A stretch of DNA of 64,000 nucleotides from Sphagnum compactum. Lineage: Eukaryota. The notes beneath the pieces were generated by a model. The model was not told where the DNA came from, ran no database searches, and saw only the letters and a list, made by a program, of their open reading frames with translations. Numbering within the stretch: the stretch's first letter is position 1; every line of letters starts with the position of its first letter. Below are positions 27,001 to 40,100 of this stretch, one piece after another. The translations under genes were made by a program, and so were the position numbers. The stretch is taken from assembly GCA_965153455.1 (NCBI GenBank), contig OZ234493.1, positions 1,488,001 to 1,552,000 on the forward strand, given 5' to 3'.

Positions 27001-28752
27001 AGGCGAATGGGAGGGGGAGAAATAGAGGTACTTGAATTGGTTGCTAGAGTAGGACGATAGGAATAGACAAGGAGGAGATAGGATGGGTTTTTAGCAATGT
27101 GGAATTGTTATAAGAATAGAAATAGATAGTGGCCAAGGAGGAAGAAAGAGATGAGAAGAAGAGATGGTGTTTGTGTGATGCAAGAAATTGGAGGAGGTGT
27201 TCATAGTGGTAGACCTAGGAAGGGTGGTCAGAGAGGGACCAATGAGATGTTAAGATTATGAATTAATTAGGAACTAAACTTGTGAACAATAAAATTTTAA
27301 GGCAATATATTATTCATTTCTCTTGGAAATGTGATGACTATGGGTGCAAACAATTGCTGGATTATATGAACTTTGATGTAAAAAACATAATGTGCATTAG
27401 GGTTGCAACTGGTCAAAGAATTAAAAAGATAATGGTAAAAAAAAAGATGGTTGTTATCCGCATCAACCAGGAGAAGGGGAACTAAAGTCAAAGAACTTCA
27501 AGAGCAGAACAATTAGGAGAGTAAGTAGGGTTGTGAATTATACCAGATAAAAGAAGGAACTCTCATTCAAAGAAAGAGGGAAAAAAATAAAAGAGTTGCT
27601 TTGGGAGTAACGGGATTCTATTAGGGCAGCATTTAGGGTAAAGAAGTAGAGTCACAATTGGTTACTCCCCCTTTTAACCATATCCAAGGGGTGAAGGGGA
27701 AAGGACCTAGGTAGAGGTGTTCATGACGTGCTAAATTTGTTCTTAACAGTAGGTAAGTAGGTAGGTTATACGAAGATGAGAAAATATAGGTAGGTACATA
27801 GGTGGGGAAGTAGTAGGTGGGTGGGTGGATGGGTAACAGGTAAATAATAGTAGGTAAATAGTTAGCTAAGTAAATAGGTGGGTGAGTAGGTAGGTGGTAG
27901 ATACATAGCCAATAGTAGACCATGTCACATTTGATTAAGGATCATTAGTAATCTTGATTTAATATTCAACTTGATTTAAAACCATGGGTCATTTTGATTA
28001 AAAATCATTGGCCATCTTGATTAAATGTTCAACTTGATTAAAACCATTGGCCATTTTGACTAAGGTTGTACAACTTGATTATATATATCTAGTCAAATAA
28101 ACCATTATAGTCAAGTTGATTAGTCAAAAAATACATGTGTCCTTCAAACCAAAGCCTTTAATTAAAATGTACATGTCCATAGTCAAAAATGATAAATTAG
28201 TCAACTTGAATTTATTAAAAAACCATGATTTATAATAATACATGTGGCATCATGATTTTGCAACTATAGTCAATATGACAATGTTTTGGTGTTTGCAGTA
28301 AAATATTTCATTAATTTTCAATTTGTATTGTTATATATTTGTGATGCAAAATTAGTTAGTTGAAAATACCATTGATTTGTATAACTAACAAAAATTCAAT
28401 TTCTTGTAATGATGAAATGGCATGACATATGACAATAAGATGTTGTAAATACATTAGTCAAGATCATGATTCATGATATTAATTTTTATCTCATTTATTA
28501 ATTAGTCAAAATACCATTATTTTAAAAATTAACTATGATTTAATTCCCATCATGATGACATGGCAAGCCATGTGGGAACAAGGTGTTGTAATTATAGTCA
28601 ACATTGTGATTCATTGGTGTAACAAAACACAACACATGCAAATATTAAATAAATGTTGCAACTTTAGGTCCCTAATTATCAAATAATAAAGTCACACATG
28701 ACATCACAAGAAAAATTACAAACTTAAAGATGTGCTATTGTGTTCAATATAA
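24039..28752. mobile_element. Foldback/long-inverted-repeat-bounded non-autonomous block (arms 24039-24172 and 28617-28752)
   Basis: Arms of about 135 bp are reverse complements (atattgaacacaa...taaagttgcaa...tgtgtttt). The interior holds a minisatellite and GGTA-rich tracts. Confidence 0.55.
25205..26425. repeat. Minisatellite array of 11-13 bp units (taaacctaatgg(c/t) / taaactttggc), about 1.2 kb
   Basis: Continuous degenerate units read directly. Confidence 0.92.
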
Positions 28753-31487
28753 TTAGGATAAGTGATTATAACAATTAATTTCCATTGGGTGCAAACAAGT
28801 TAATAGGAAAAATTGGTGCGCCTTTAGGTGATTGATTTTTGGGAAATATTCTCAGAAAAAATCTTCAAAAATTTCTTTGTATTATTTTGTTCAGGTTTGT
28901 GTTAAAAAATTGCCATAAATATGTCATTTTCAAAGTTTTCCAAGTCCATTTACAAGTCCTTTTACTGCTCAAAAACAATGGTTACAAGTCTTTTTACACT
29001 AATTTTGAAGGTCCAAGTGTTAATGAAATAATCTCATATTTTGGAAATTTATAAAATAAGATATTAGATTTGATAATGTGAAAAATTTTAACACATTCTC
29101 AAGTTTAAATTTTTAAAAGAAATTGGTGTAAAAAACATAGAATTAAACAATGGTTACGACTACTTTTGGCGATTTTTGACTACACCCCATTGCATGATTA
29201 ATAATGAATGTTTGCATTTCCAAATGAAAAAATATCAAATAAAACCTTGACACTTGGATGCAATAAAACACAATACATGCAACTACTAAATGAACATTGC
29301 AACTGTAGGTCAATAATAATTTAATGGTAGACTCACACATGATAACATTATAGATATTACAAATGGAAACATAGTCTCAACATTTTTTAGGTAGCCTAAA
29401 GAATCCTTAGTTAGCTTCGGTAACCCTTAAATAGACCCCTAGGTAGGTCCATATATAACCTAGATAACCCTTAAGTAAACCTTGAGGTAGGTGCTTTTAT
29501 AACTTAAGTAGCTTAAAGTAAGTTGAATAGGTCATTTAGATAGGTTTTAAAAAAATGTGAATACAATTTATAAGACATAAAAACGTTGGTGCAATGGGAA
29601 GGACGTTGCCCCTCATGAAAGGTTCAAATCCTTGCTTTTACAACATATACTTTTATATGTTAGATAATTTACAGGGCAAAAATATTGGTTAAGGCGTGTA
29701 AATTATGACACCTAAGCAACTTAAACTAGTTTTTAAAGCCTGCCTTAAGTAATGACATGTGTCAACATGGTATAAGTTGAAATTAGTAAAATTCCAAATA
29801 GTATAAATATATATTTAAATAATAATTAAATAATAATTAAATATTTAAATATATATAAATAATGCAATCACATTGCTTAATCATAAAATTAGTTGCAAAA
29901 TGACAATGTTACATATAAGTTGGTTTGGAGGGATGAAAATTGCCATTGCAACTTGGTTTTAAGTATTGTCTTTTGTGACTAGACCCTATAACAATTGCAT
30001 GTGGTAATTATGACTAAAATTAATTGTTAATCCAATTGTTGATTTGCAAATTCCTTGTATTGAAATATGAAGATAGTCCAAAAATATTTTACAACTCCTC
30101 ACATTGTTGTATCATAGTTATGAGTTTTGTTTCAAATAGTGCATTTACAGAATAACAGACTTAAAAAACTTGAAATAAAAAATGGAAGTTTTGATGTTAT
30201 TTTTAGTTTTTTTAATTTGGCATTACAAAAGGATGGACAAATTGAGAACTAACCAAAGGTTACCTACATGTAAAATGAGAAAAAAATGTTTTCAAATCAT
30301 CTTGTTTTGATGTAAAGTTTCATGTACAAGGAATTTAATGAATTTAGTTTGACAACCAAAATCATGACAAAATAATGTACATGTTTTCACACACTCATAA
30401 ATGCACATGTGTAATCAAAGTTAATTCTAAAAAATCATAGGCATTATCAAAACATCAATATAAACCAAACACCTATTGACAAAATGTTGAACATTTATGG
30501 AAAAACGTTCAAAAGATCTAATGCATTGTAAGAAATAATTAGTTATTCATGCAATGGCACACTTAATGGTTATGTAACAATGCTATCAATTGTCGTTATC
30601 ATCACCCACAAGAAATATCTAGTTTTGAATAAACAAGCATTTAAACAAATGCAACTCAATGTTCAACACAAAACTACACATGTGCATCATCAATGTTTGG
30701 GTAACACAAATTGTTTTCTGAAAAGAAATTATTGTCCCTGAGTTCTGAAAACCAATTTAATTATTTTACATATACCACATTTCCTTAAAAGGAGGTTGTG
30801 ATGCAATGGTTGAAAACTTTTTCAATAAGTGTGAGGTTTTGGGTTCAAAATTTTTTTAATCATTTTCTTTTAGGATTGATTTTATACAAGAAATCAAAAT
30901 GAAGATGTTAGATGCCAACTAAAAATGGTTGGTTGAAGTTTCCTTAGGGGAACATGATTGCTCCGGGCAACTTGAGCCCATTACAATGGAGTTCCCCATT
31001 CAATGAGCCTAAGGTCTTTGGAAAATAATGGTATTCTAAAGTAAATGGACTCAAGTTCTCTAAGGCAAACATGGTTTCCCCATGCTCCTCATGGTAACAT
31101 GGTTGCCTAAGGTAATTTGGGTCCATTTGGAAAGCAACGTGGGCCCATTACTATGTGAGTTTGGGTTGTGCAATGGGCCTAGGGAAAGATGGTTGTTTAG
31201 GGCAAATGGCCCTTGTTCCCAAGGAAAACATGGTTCCTTGAGGCGATAGGGCCTAAATTCCTAGGTAAACATGGTTAACCCACGGAACTTTGGCTCTATT
31301 TGCAAGTTCCCATCAAACTCCAACTTTCATTCTCTTATTTTTTAAAAGTGTCGAGCCTAGTGCAATAGTTAATTTGTTGTTCTTATTTAGTCTTTGTTGA
31401 TTTTGATATATTCAAAGCCCAATTTTTTGTTCTCTAAATCACTCTTATATCAAGGTTAATGATATTCATCCTTAATAGTACAAGAAC

Positions 31488-32303
31488 TGTTCCAACCCCA
31501 ATCTTGCGAGAGTGTGAGGATGAAGACTCACACTCCCGAAATGGGAACTTGGGAGTCCACCGAGACTCGCAAAACTTCAGAGAGCGATTGCAGGGGTCAA
31601 AACACCACGCATTGGAGAATTTTTTATATCATTGGAAATCTATTGAAGTGTAGATGTCTAAAATGGGCTCGCATGACCCATTTGGACATCTGCAGCACAA
31701 GTTATGGCAAAATGAAAGGCCAAGAGTCAAACTGGCAATTGGACTCCCGACCACAAAAAGTCGAGAATTGACCCGATCCCTGTGTGTGCAGGTGGAGTGC
31801 GACACACCGTTGGAAAGCTCTCAACGAAAGCTACAACTTTGCTTCAGACCTCATCCCAATCGAAGGTTTGAGTAAAGAGTTATAGTCCTGCAAAGTTGCA
31901 GGAGTCCAAACCTTGGCAGTTTCGGGACTTCTCCTTGGGAGTCCCAGGACAAAAAGCCATTCGGATGTAGGCGGCGTGGAGGGCGCAGATAATACTATAT
32001 GGGGGAAGGTGATGGCTTCCCAGGTCATGGTGAGTCTTGTGAATCCAAAGTCGCGCGTGGCTTGTCCTAGCACTCAAGGTGCATCAAACAATATTCTAAC
32101 CAACTTGTTAGTTGATTTGATATAGATTCGAGTGAGTAACTAGAATGCTTATCACTCTTCCTAGTCTCGTTCTAGAGCCTCAGCACGGCCCTCTACCCCT
32201 TTGAAGTGCTGAGAGCTGAGAGCGTGCTCTGAGCTCCTAACATTTTCGCTGTTCACTACCTTAGACTCTTCTTGAGTCTATCAAGGAGCTTGGGAGCGCG
32301 TCA
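31488..32303. mobile_element. Probable solo LTR (816 bp, TG...CA)
   Basis: Sharp GC-richer island starting TGTTCCAACCC and ending GGGAGCGCGTCA, with internal gggagtcc/ggactccc motifs. No coding capacity and no matching TSD. Confidence 0.6.
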
Positions 32304-34528
32304 CATTAATTTTTTTCAAAATAGGTTTATTAGATATTTAGACATGTCTATCATTTGTTCATTTAAAAACTTTACAAAGGGACAAATCTTGTCAAAGCAA
32401 TTTTTTTTAGACCTTTTTCTTCGAATATTAGTATTGGTTATTCATTAATGACTAAATTCAACTATCACATTGTGGAAAATGCACTGGAATTTGTCACATA
32501 CCATAGTTTCATCCAATGTGATTAAGAGGCCAAATCCAACATGAGTAAGGATTTTGTAATATTGTCAAAGGATATCAATTGTAATTCTTAAAATGAAAAG
32601 TTATTAAATTGCTATTATTAAGTGATGATTAGAATAATTTTGAAACAAATGAAAACTATGGTAACAACTAGTACATTGTAATTGTGGTCTACATGAACAT
32701 TAGTTTAGACATTGTAATAATCATGTACAATTAAACTTAAAGTAACTTGCAATGTGCAACTAATCCATACATTGAAGGAGCCACGTGGTACAAGTATCAC
32801 CATTTGTTTTCTTTTTCAACCTTGTCACTCGATTTATTTTTTCAATTAATGAAATATCATTAGCAAGTTGCCAAGACTTTTGAAGCTTTGCCTTCCTCTT
32901 CTCACCACTAATGTAGTTGGTGATTTTGTTGGGATGGGACTAGGTGAAGTATGTACCAAAGTTAAGGGTTGATGATCTCTATTATGAAGATAAAAAGCCC
33001 AACCCATTAACACACCCCTTCCCACGAGATTTCTCATGTGGGACACCATTCTCACAACACCTTGTCTCTCTACTTAAGGTGCTAGCTACAGAGGCAGCTT
33101 CAACACATGTCTGTCAAATAATTAATTAATTTTGAAGATTCCATGTGGAAAACCGAATATTACTGAATATTCCAAAAGATTCTACACATTCGTTCACAAG
33201 ATTTTGCTCTTTGAAATAAATTTTTGGGGAAAATTTCAACATTTCTACACATAATATAATTGTTGTCGAAAGCCCGCCAAGGGTACTACGCTAACCAAGT
33301 CTAGATTTTTGGACAGGTGTTTTCTGTGGCAGCAACAGACTTCTGTAAATTTCCTGGTGGACTTTGGATTCCAAAGGACACAGCTGGTGCTCTTGTTTTC
33401 CTGCATGCTCCATACCTGAAGGATTGAGTTTTTTTTGTCTTCTATATAATCAGACTCATAAATAAAACTATAAAGAACTCTAACTGAATCACCACCTTTG
33501 AAAGGAAAAAAATAAGTGCATATGGGCAATGGAAAGAGGTTCTCAGTCAGTCACTCCCTCCAGCCTCATCAGCTTAATAGCTTCAAAAAAGATCTCATAA
33601 TCCAGCTGCAATGGGTGTGTGTCAATGCTTTAACAGGAGCAAGTTAAGAATCATCTTTATTGTAAAATCATCACTCAAGTGAAGTGCAGGCTTTTTCCTT
33701 GTTTAAATCATTTCCCAGTTGTTTCTTTTCTCAAGTAATAATACTTAAACCCAGTTAAAGAGCAAGCACATGGGGGCTGCAAATCAAGGATTCTGTAGTA
33801 AGTACTGTTGCAGTAGGCTGATGAAATTGACCAAATGCTTATCTATAGTAGAGCTCTCAAAACAAAGTTGGTGTGTGATTCTATTCTGGGTATGTTCAAT
33901 GCTTCAAGAACTTTTTTGTGATGGCCAATCAAAGTAATTCCTAGTGCAAAAAAACAGAAACAATTAAACACCAAGTTAGTGTGGGCAGCAGCAGCTAATT
34001 ATCAAAAGTGGACAGTAAGTAAGAGATCCTCACTCAGAATTTGCAACTTCTAAGTCCTATTTAGTTGGACACTTATGGAAAGCTTTGGTATTGTCTGTGA
34101 CACCATAGTACCAGAGATATCACACATCTGAATTTATTACTAATTGTTACCACTCTCATCAGCAATTTTTAAAGTCTCTTTTTTCTTTCTTGTTTCATTT
34201 CTAGCATCTTATGTGTGTGTTCTCAATTGTGTCTTATGCTACTAGATAGACGGTCCACATGATAAAAACTAACAAAGTCACACACATATAAAAACATTCA
34301 CATAAATAGACTCCGGAAATAGTCCTTGAAACTAAAACCCAAAAAGGAAAAGGAAAAACAAAACAAAACAACTAGGAACTTTGTTCACATTGAACTTGGT
34401 TCTAACCTACAGAAAACTTATGTTCTCTGATAAATACTTGACAATGGTAATCAAACATATTTGACAGGTTTGCATCATTTCTGTGAGCTCTAACAATTAT
34501 TTTTTTGTTTTTCTAATTTTTTTTATAG

Positions 34529-34585
34529 GACGTTCCCAGAGAGTCCCTTCTCCTCCAAGAATGTACTAAGCTTGTAACCTCAAAG
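34529..34585 (+). other. Candidate 57-nt internal exon (DVPRESLLLQECTKLVTSK)
   Basis: Branch-like ctaat, long T tract and TAG acceptor, AAG|GTAAG donor; open in phase 0. Parent gene not identified. Confidence 0.35.
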
Positions 34586-35329
34586 GTAAGGAATACTGAG
34601 CCTTGCTATTCAAAGTGAGAAGTACTTAGTTTATCACACAGCAAAAAAGAACCCACAATGAAATTTTGCAGAAAATTTGTTCTGCACTGAGCATTTTTTG
34701 AAGGAACACTCTTTTCTTAAATACCCTTTAATTTGAAAGGCTGATTGGGCTAGTGTTCTTTGGTTTGAATGAAACATTTAATTAGTGTTTAGGGTTTTAG
34801 GCAACTCCTTTTAAGTACTCATTGAATTGAAAGGTTGACTGAATTATTGTGATTTGGTTTTGAAGAACAACTAAATTAGGGTTTAAGGTACAGGGTTCAA
34901 ACTTTAGACACCTTTTGAAAGGCAATTAGGGCTTCAATATTGAAAGGCTTCTTGGTAAAAACATGGTGTGTTAGCTTAGTAGCTTCAATAGGTGACAATC
35001 ATTAGACACTGAATGCTAAAGGATGATTGAGCCTGGACTTCAACAAAAGGCCACTCTCAGTGTCCCCTTTTCACTATGTTGATTACTTTCACTGACTTGG
35101 CTTTGGAAACTGCATAACAACTTATGTTCACTACCATGAGTACAACTCCACAGCTGTATTGTGTCAGGACAGCAATCTCTGGATGCAAAACACAAATAGC
35201 TGTACCTAAAGGGCCTGGTTCCTGCAAGTACCTCTTCAGCCTTGGGTGAACTAGCACCTAGACTGGGTACTATGGTAAAAATTGAAAACCTCAAATGTTT
35301 TCGGATTGCTCTAAACATTATGTATAGAC

Positions 35330-35714
35330 CATAGTTATCTGTAAAGTCACGCGATTAGGGGGCGAGAATGGCCAATTTTGGCATAATAGGGCCTCACACG
35401 CGTGACTAGGAACGAAAATTTTACAAAACGAAATAACAGGATCCCAAACTAGTTTTTCCACCAATTTTGGTGGGAAACTCAGTTTCATCCTGTCTTTCCT
35501 TTTTCCTGAGCGCCTCCACTGCTGCTGCATATATTTTCACTGCTCTTGCATGTACAATTACTATAATTATTCTCGAACCTTGTGCATTAAATGTTCAGTC
35601 TCAGCATTTCATACTGAGATGCAATAAAATTTCTTTACTTTGTGGATACCACTGAAAGAGGGGATAGGGGGTGAAAGAGAGGGTGAAGACAGGGTGACTT
35701 TACGGATAACTCTA
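35330..35714. mobile_element. MITE with about 21-bp imperfect TIRs
   Basis: catagttatctgtaaagtcac ... gtgactttacggataactcta; second partial copy at 15902-16200. Confidence 0.7.
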
Positions 35715-36870
35715 CCATCTTAAGACTAAATCAGGGCTTAGAGTCCAATTTTAACATTTCCCACTTTTATTATAGCCTATAAGAAACCTCGCTCAAGAAG
35801 GTGGAGGTACCAGAGTAGGTGCTGGACGACTGGTTCACCCTGGGCCCTCTGGATGGGTAAAAGAGCTTGGAAATATTTTCTGTGTGGGGTAACACCCTAA
35901 TCGAGGGCATTACCAAAGTAAGGGCGCACAAGGCCATGTGAAGTCTAGTTCAAAATTTAATCCTCAATGGAGCCCTTCAATATCAAGAAAGTTGAAATTT
36001 CAATATCAGGGTGAATGATATATTGACTATTATTGATGTCATGTTGTAGCATTTATTGAATGTCTCCCTTTCTTTCCAAACATAGTTCTTTTAGGCATTT
36101 AAAATTTTAGGCAATTAAATAATTTATAGGATTTAACTTTGAGCACTCTCCAAAGTAATCACTTTTTGCCAAACCAGGCCTGGGAGGAGGAGTGGCCCTC
36201 TACATCTCACATAGTCTTCTCGTTGAAGATTGGAATTACTTATTGGTAACCCTAACCATCCCTCATGAGAATCTTGGCACTCGAATTGGGCGTCAGGTCA
36301 CAAGTTAAGCCCATAACCTTCAACCTCCGGTTCATTAGGGACTTACTAGTTAGCACACGGTATCACACCGGGCTCTCATTGGCCCAATGAATCCATAGCC
36401 CTTTGGTACTTGGATGAAGAGTTCATAATCTCTCTCTCTCCATGAGCATCTCGATTCCCACAAGGGATGCTTATGTCCAGTAACTCGCTTAAGCACACTG
36501 GTTATTTGCATGCTCTCTCCGGTTACTTAATTGTATAATTGCACAAACACTCTTGTTGGCCATTGACTTAGGAAAAACATTCAATCCACCACACATTGCA
36601 CATTTGAGAGCTTTCCCAATTTGGCTGCATAATCTTGAAAAAGAAAAATGATGATGTACAGGTGATGCCCAAACATGCACTAATTTCTAAGAAGATTAAA
36701 GGTTTTGTATGCCCAAAAAAAGGAGGTTTAGTAAGCCCAAAAGGATGGGCACAATTGGAGTTTGTGTAAGTGTTGGTCTGGACTCTGGTACAATGTTTTT
36801 TCTTTCCCAATTTCGTGATGTTGCTCAATTGGCAATCATCCATAAGAATAGTTAGCCAAATTTTGTGACA

Positions 36871-37184
36871 TCTTTTGTAGTTTGTTTTGTTTTGTCCTGC
36901 TGGGATCTCCCAAACCAGAGTGCTTCATGCTGTGCTCTTGGTATCTTTGGATTGCTCAAAGTTTATTTCACAAATTTCAGAGCTAAGGTGTGGAAGATAT
37001 TGACTTTTTGAGTGGATTTTGTTGCTGGACATTCAAACAAATTGCAAAAATTGGGTTTGGAAAGAAAAATCAGTTGAGCCCGCAATGTGTTCACATTGTC
37101 GAATTTAGAAATTTTCAATTCTGAAAATGTGAAAAATAATGAATGTGGTCACACTTGGGCCGAACGGCACAAGTTACACACTAG
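36871..37184 (+). mobile_element. Non-autonomous Helitron-like element (314 bp)
   Basis: A|TC 5' end, CTAG|T 3' end, GC-rich subterminal segment (gggccgaacggc), and no TSD. These are Helitron hallmarks. Confidence 0.6.
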
Positions 37185-40100
37185 TTCAGATTATGAATGT
37201 AAAAAGGATTTGAAATGCCTTTTCATGTTGTAGGCAGTTGTGACAATTTTTGGCAATTGTTTTCAAAAAAGAGAATTTGTGATAAAATATTCTGTTTTCA
37301 AAATATTTTTGAAAGCATTTTTCTTTGCAATGAATTTTTTTATTTGAACCAAAAAAGAAAATAAATGATAAAATGGCAAAAACTCACCACCAAATAATTC
37401 AGTGCTCTGGTGTATAGGCTTATGCCTGGTATTGACAAGGTATTGAAGACCAAACCAGCCTGCTATATAGGTAATATTCTTTGATTCTAGACCAACACTG
37501 GTTTGTACTAAATTTTCAAATGGTAGGCAAGTAGCAATTGGGGTCAACCTTGAAAGTACACATTGCAACAACCATGATAACAATAAATCAATTTCAGGGA
37601 ACCTAATGCATCCAGAATCCAGATGCAATTGATGGGCTCCTCCGAAGATAAAGTAGAACATTGCAGGCAAGCCCATATCCTTGGTTTTATGAAGAAAAAA
37701 CACCAATGCTGGAATAGGATCATGATGTTTGTTGACCTCAATCAAACACAAGTGTATTCTGGTGTAGAGTAAAGGGACCTATTTGTTGCGAATCCTCTAA
37801 CATCACATACCAATTCCCCCATTATCGCACTGTTGTTCCCTATCCTTGCACACAAAAACACTATGGTTGCGCACTAGCATTTCCTATCCTTTGACAAGAG
37901 CAATTGGGTTTTGTCAAATGAAAAAGCAATCTTGGGTATAATGTGTGCAAGGGTACTCTTGGTGTACATGTAGATGGTGACAGATTTCACTTGATAGTGT
38001 GCCCTCCAAATATACTGAAATGTTCTGCTTGTGCTTTACATTTGCTGCCACTCATTGCACATTGGTGTATGGATTAGTGAGGAGCAACTTTAGCAATTAA
38101 TTATTCATCCCCTTGCTACTCATTTCAGGATCCCAGGTATGGGGTAATATTGTATGGACATAGACTTCTGTCATTCGTGCAAAAAGTAAGCAATTATACT
38201 CTTATTGTCTCCAATCTGCTGCATATTGATTTTGCTTGTTTGTCGTGCTAGAGCCTATATGTCTTTGTTGGGCATGATTTTGCTATGATCTTCAAACTTT
38301 CATTATTCACCTCTAGTTTTCCATGGTAGAGACACTCATTAAATTATGTTGTGGGCAACAATTTGTGCTTTGTTGTGCAAAGTAGGTAGGCTGGTGAGCA
38401 AATACTGAAGAATTCAAATGAGGTCAAACTCTCACACATTGTTCCTCTGCTTTTGAAGCTCAAAGAACAGTTTTAGCCCTCCACCTAGCGCTGCCCAACA
38501 CTGCAAAAATATCTCAATTCAATAAAAGAATGGACAAGATATGAGGTGTTTGGTATAATGGGTACAGTGTTCAGTGACAGGTGAATTAAAACACAATAGG
38601 ATTTCAAGTTTAACATCTTTGATCGCTGCATCTTTGCCTTTTGGAATACAAAGAAATTTTGTAAAGCCCTAGTTGGCACACCCATTAGGTTTTAATCATT
38701 CAAAACACACTCAAAATATTTCTTTGCAATGGATTTTTTCATTTGTTTCCCAAAAAAAACACACACACACACACTAAAGTGAGGAAGATAGGGGGCTGCA
38801 ACTAGAGAGGGGTTCAGAGATTTTTCACAGATGATATATGCATAAGAATATCTCAAAAGAGAAAAACCTATGGCTATGGGTAAGTGCAATGGTAGTGTCC
38901 ATGGAGGGAAGGCAAACATCTACCTCAGGTATGCCTTAGGGTTTTCATAAAATCATACCAATTGATTCCAGTTTTACATATCAAGGTCCATACCCAAGTT
39001 CATCAAAACCCTATATTTTAGAGCAATGCTGATAGGGACTTAACACCCAAGGCAATATCAGCTTTGTACCAATTTTACATTAGTTTCAATATCAATGTTG
39101 TCCAGTTCTTATATTTCAACAAGAGGACCTTAACAAGAGGGCCTTTAGTCCTAGTTCCAACTTTTTTTTTAAATCTGAAAGAGCCCTTGGTACTGGTTTA
39201 AGGATCTTTCTAATCCCATAGAACCTCTGGTCGAGTTCCAAACCTGGTTCTTAAGATTTCTTCAAGACTCTTGGTTCACTGGTTTTGAAAAAAAAGAATT
39301 CCCAGGCAGGTCTGGTTTGACACCAGATCCAGTCGAAACCTACGCATACCCAAAACTGAAAATTTTCTAATTACTAGCATTGTACAACCAATGAAAGTGC
39401 CTACCTACATCAACTACATGCTTAAAAGATTTATTAAAAAATTAAAAAAATTAATTTTAATTTTGTGAAAATGAAAGCTTGCATGCTAGAGACAAGTAAA
39501 GCTCTGTTTCTTATCCCATAAAATTTGGGAAACAATGGAGAAAAAGCACAATGACTTTGCAACTTGCCTTTTCTGTTTGGGTCTTACAACATCTCTGCAT
39601 AGGTAGTGTCCTGTGCAGCGAGTCTGGCAAAGTTGATCAACTGAGATGGGCGTGGTTTGCTGTTTGTACAGTTGGTGTGGAGTGTTACTTACTGCTAGCA
39701 GCCATTGCCAGCCCAGCCCATCTTTCATACAGAGGTGAAGTTGGCCGACTTGTTAGTACCAAGGTGTGTACTAGTAGCTGGGGCTGCCCACTAGCTTCAT
39801 CATCCTTTTAATAAGTCCTGCCAGGATTTCATGGTTCTGTTCCTCATTCTACTTGGCCCTTGTAATCTTCAAGGGTATTCATTTTGTGGAGCTTTAGGTT
39901 AATATTTTGTTCATGTTCATCAACTGAAGTATTTATTTATTTTCACTCCCTAGTTGAGTTTTGATTTCATCAGCTCAATGTTTAGCCAGGTCAGTAGGAA
40001 TCTATCTCAACATCTTGCAAAACTACCATGGATCTAGAACTAACAAAACAGAGAAAGAGAAAAGAACAAGGAATTGAATGAACATCCTTGACACAAACTG

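Noticed and set aside
26600-27700. Purine-rich block, possibly a decayed retroelement ORF on the minus strand
   Set aside because: No RT, integrase or recombinase motif could be recovered.
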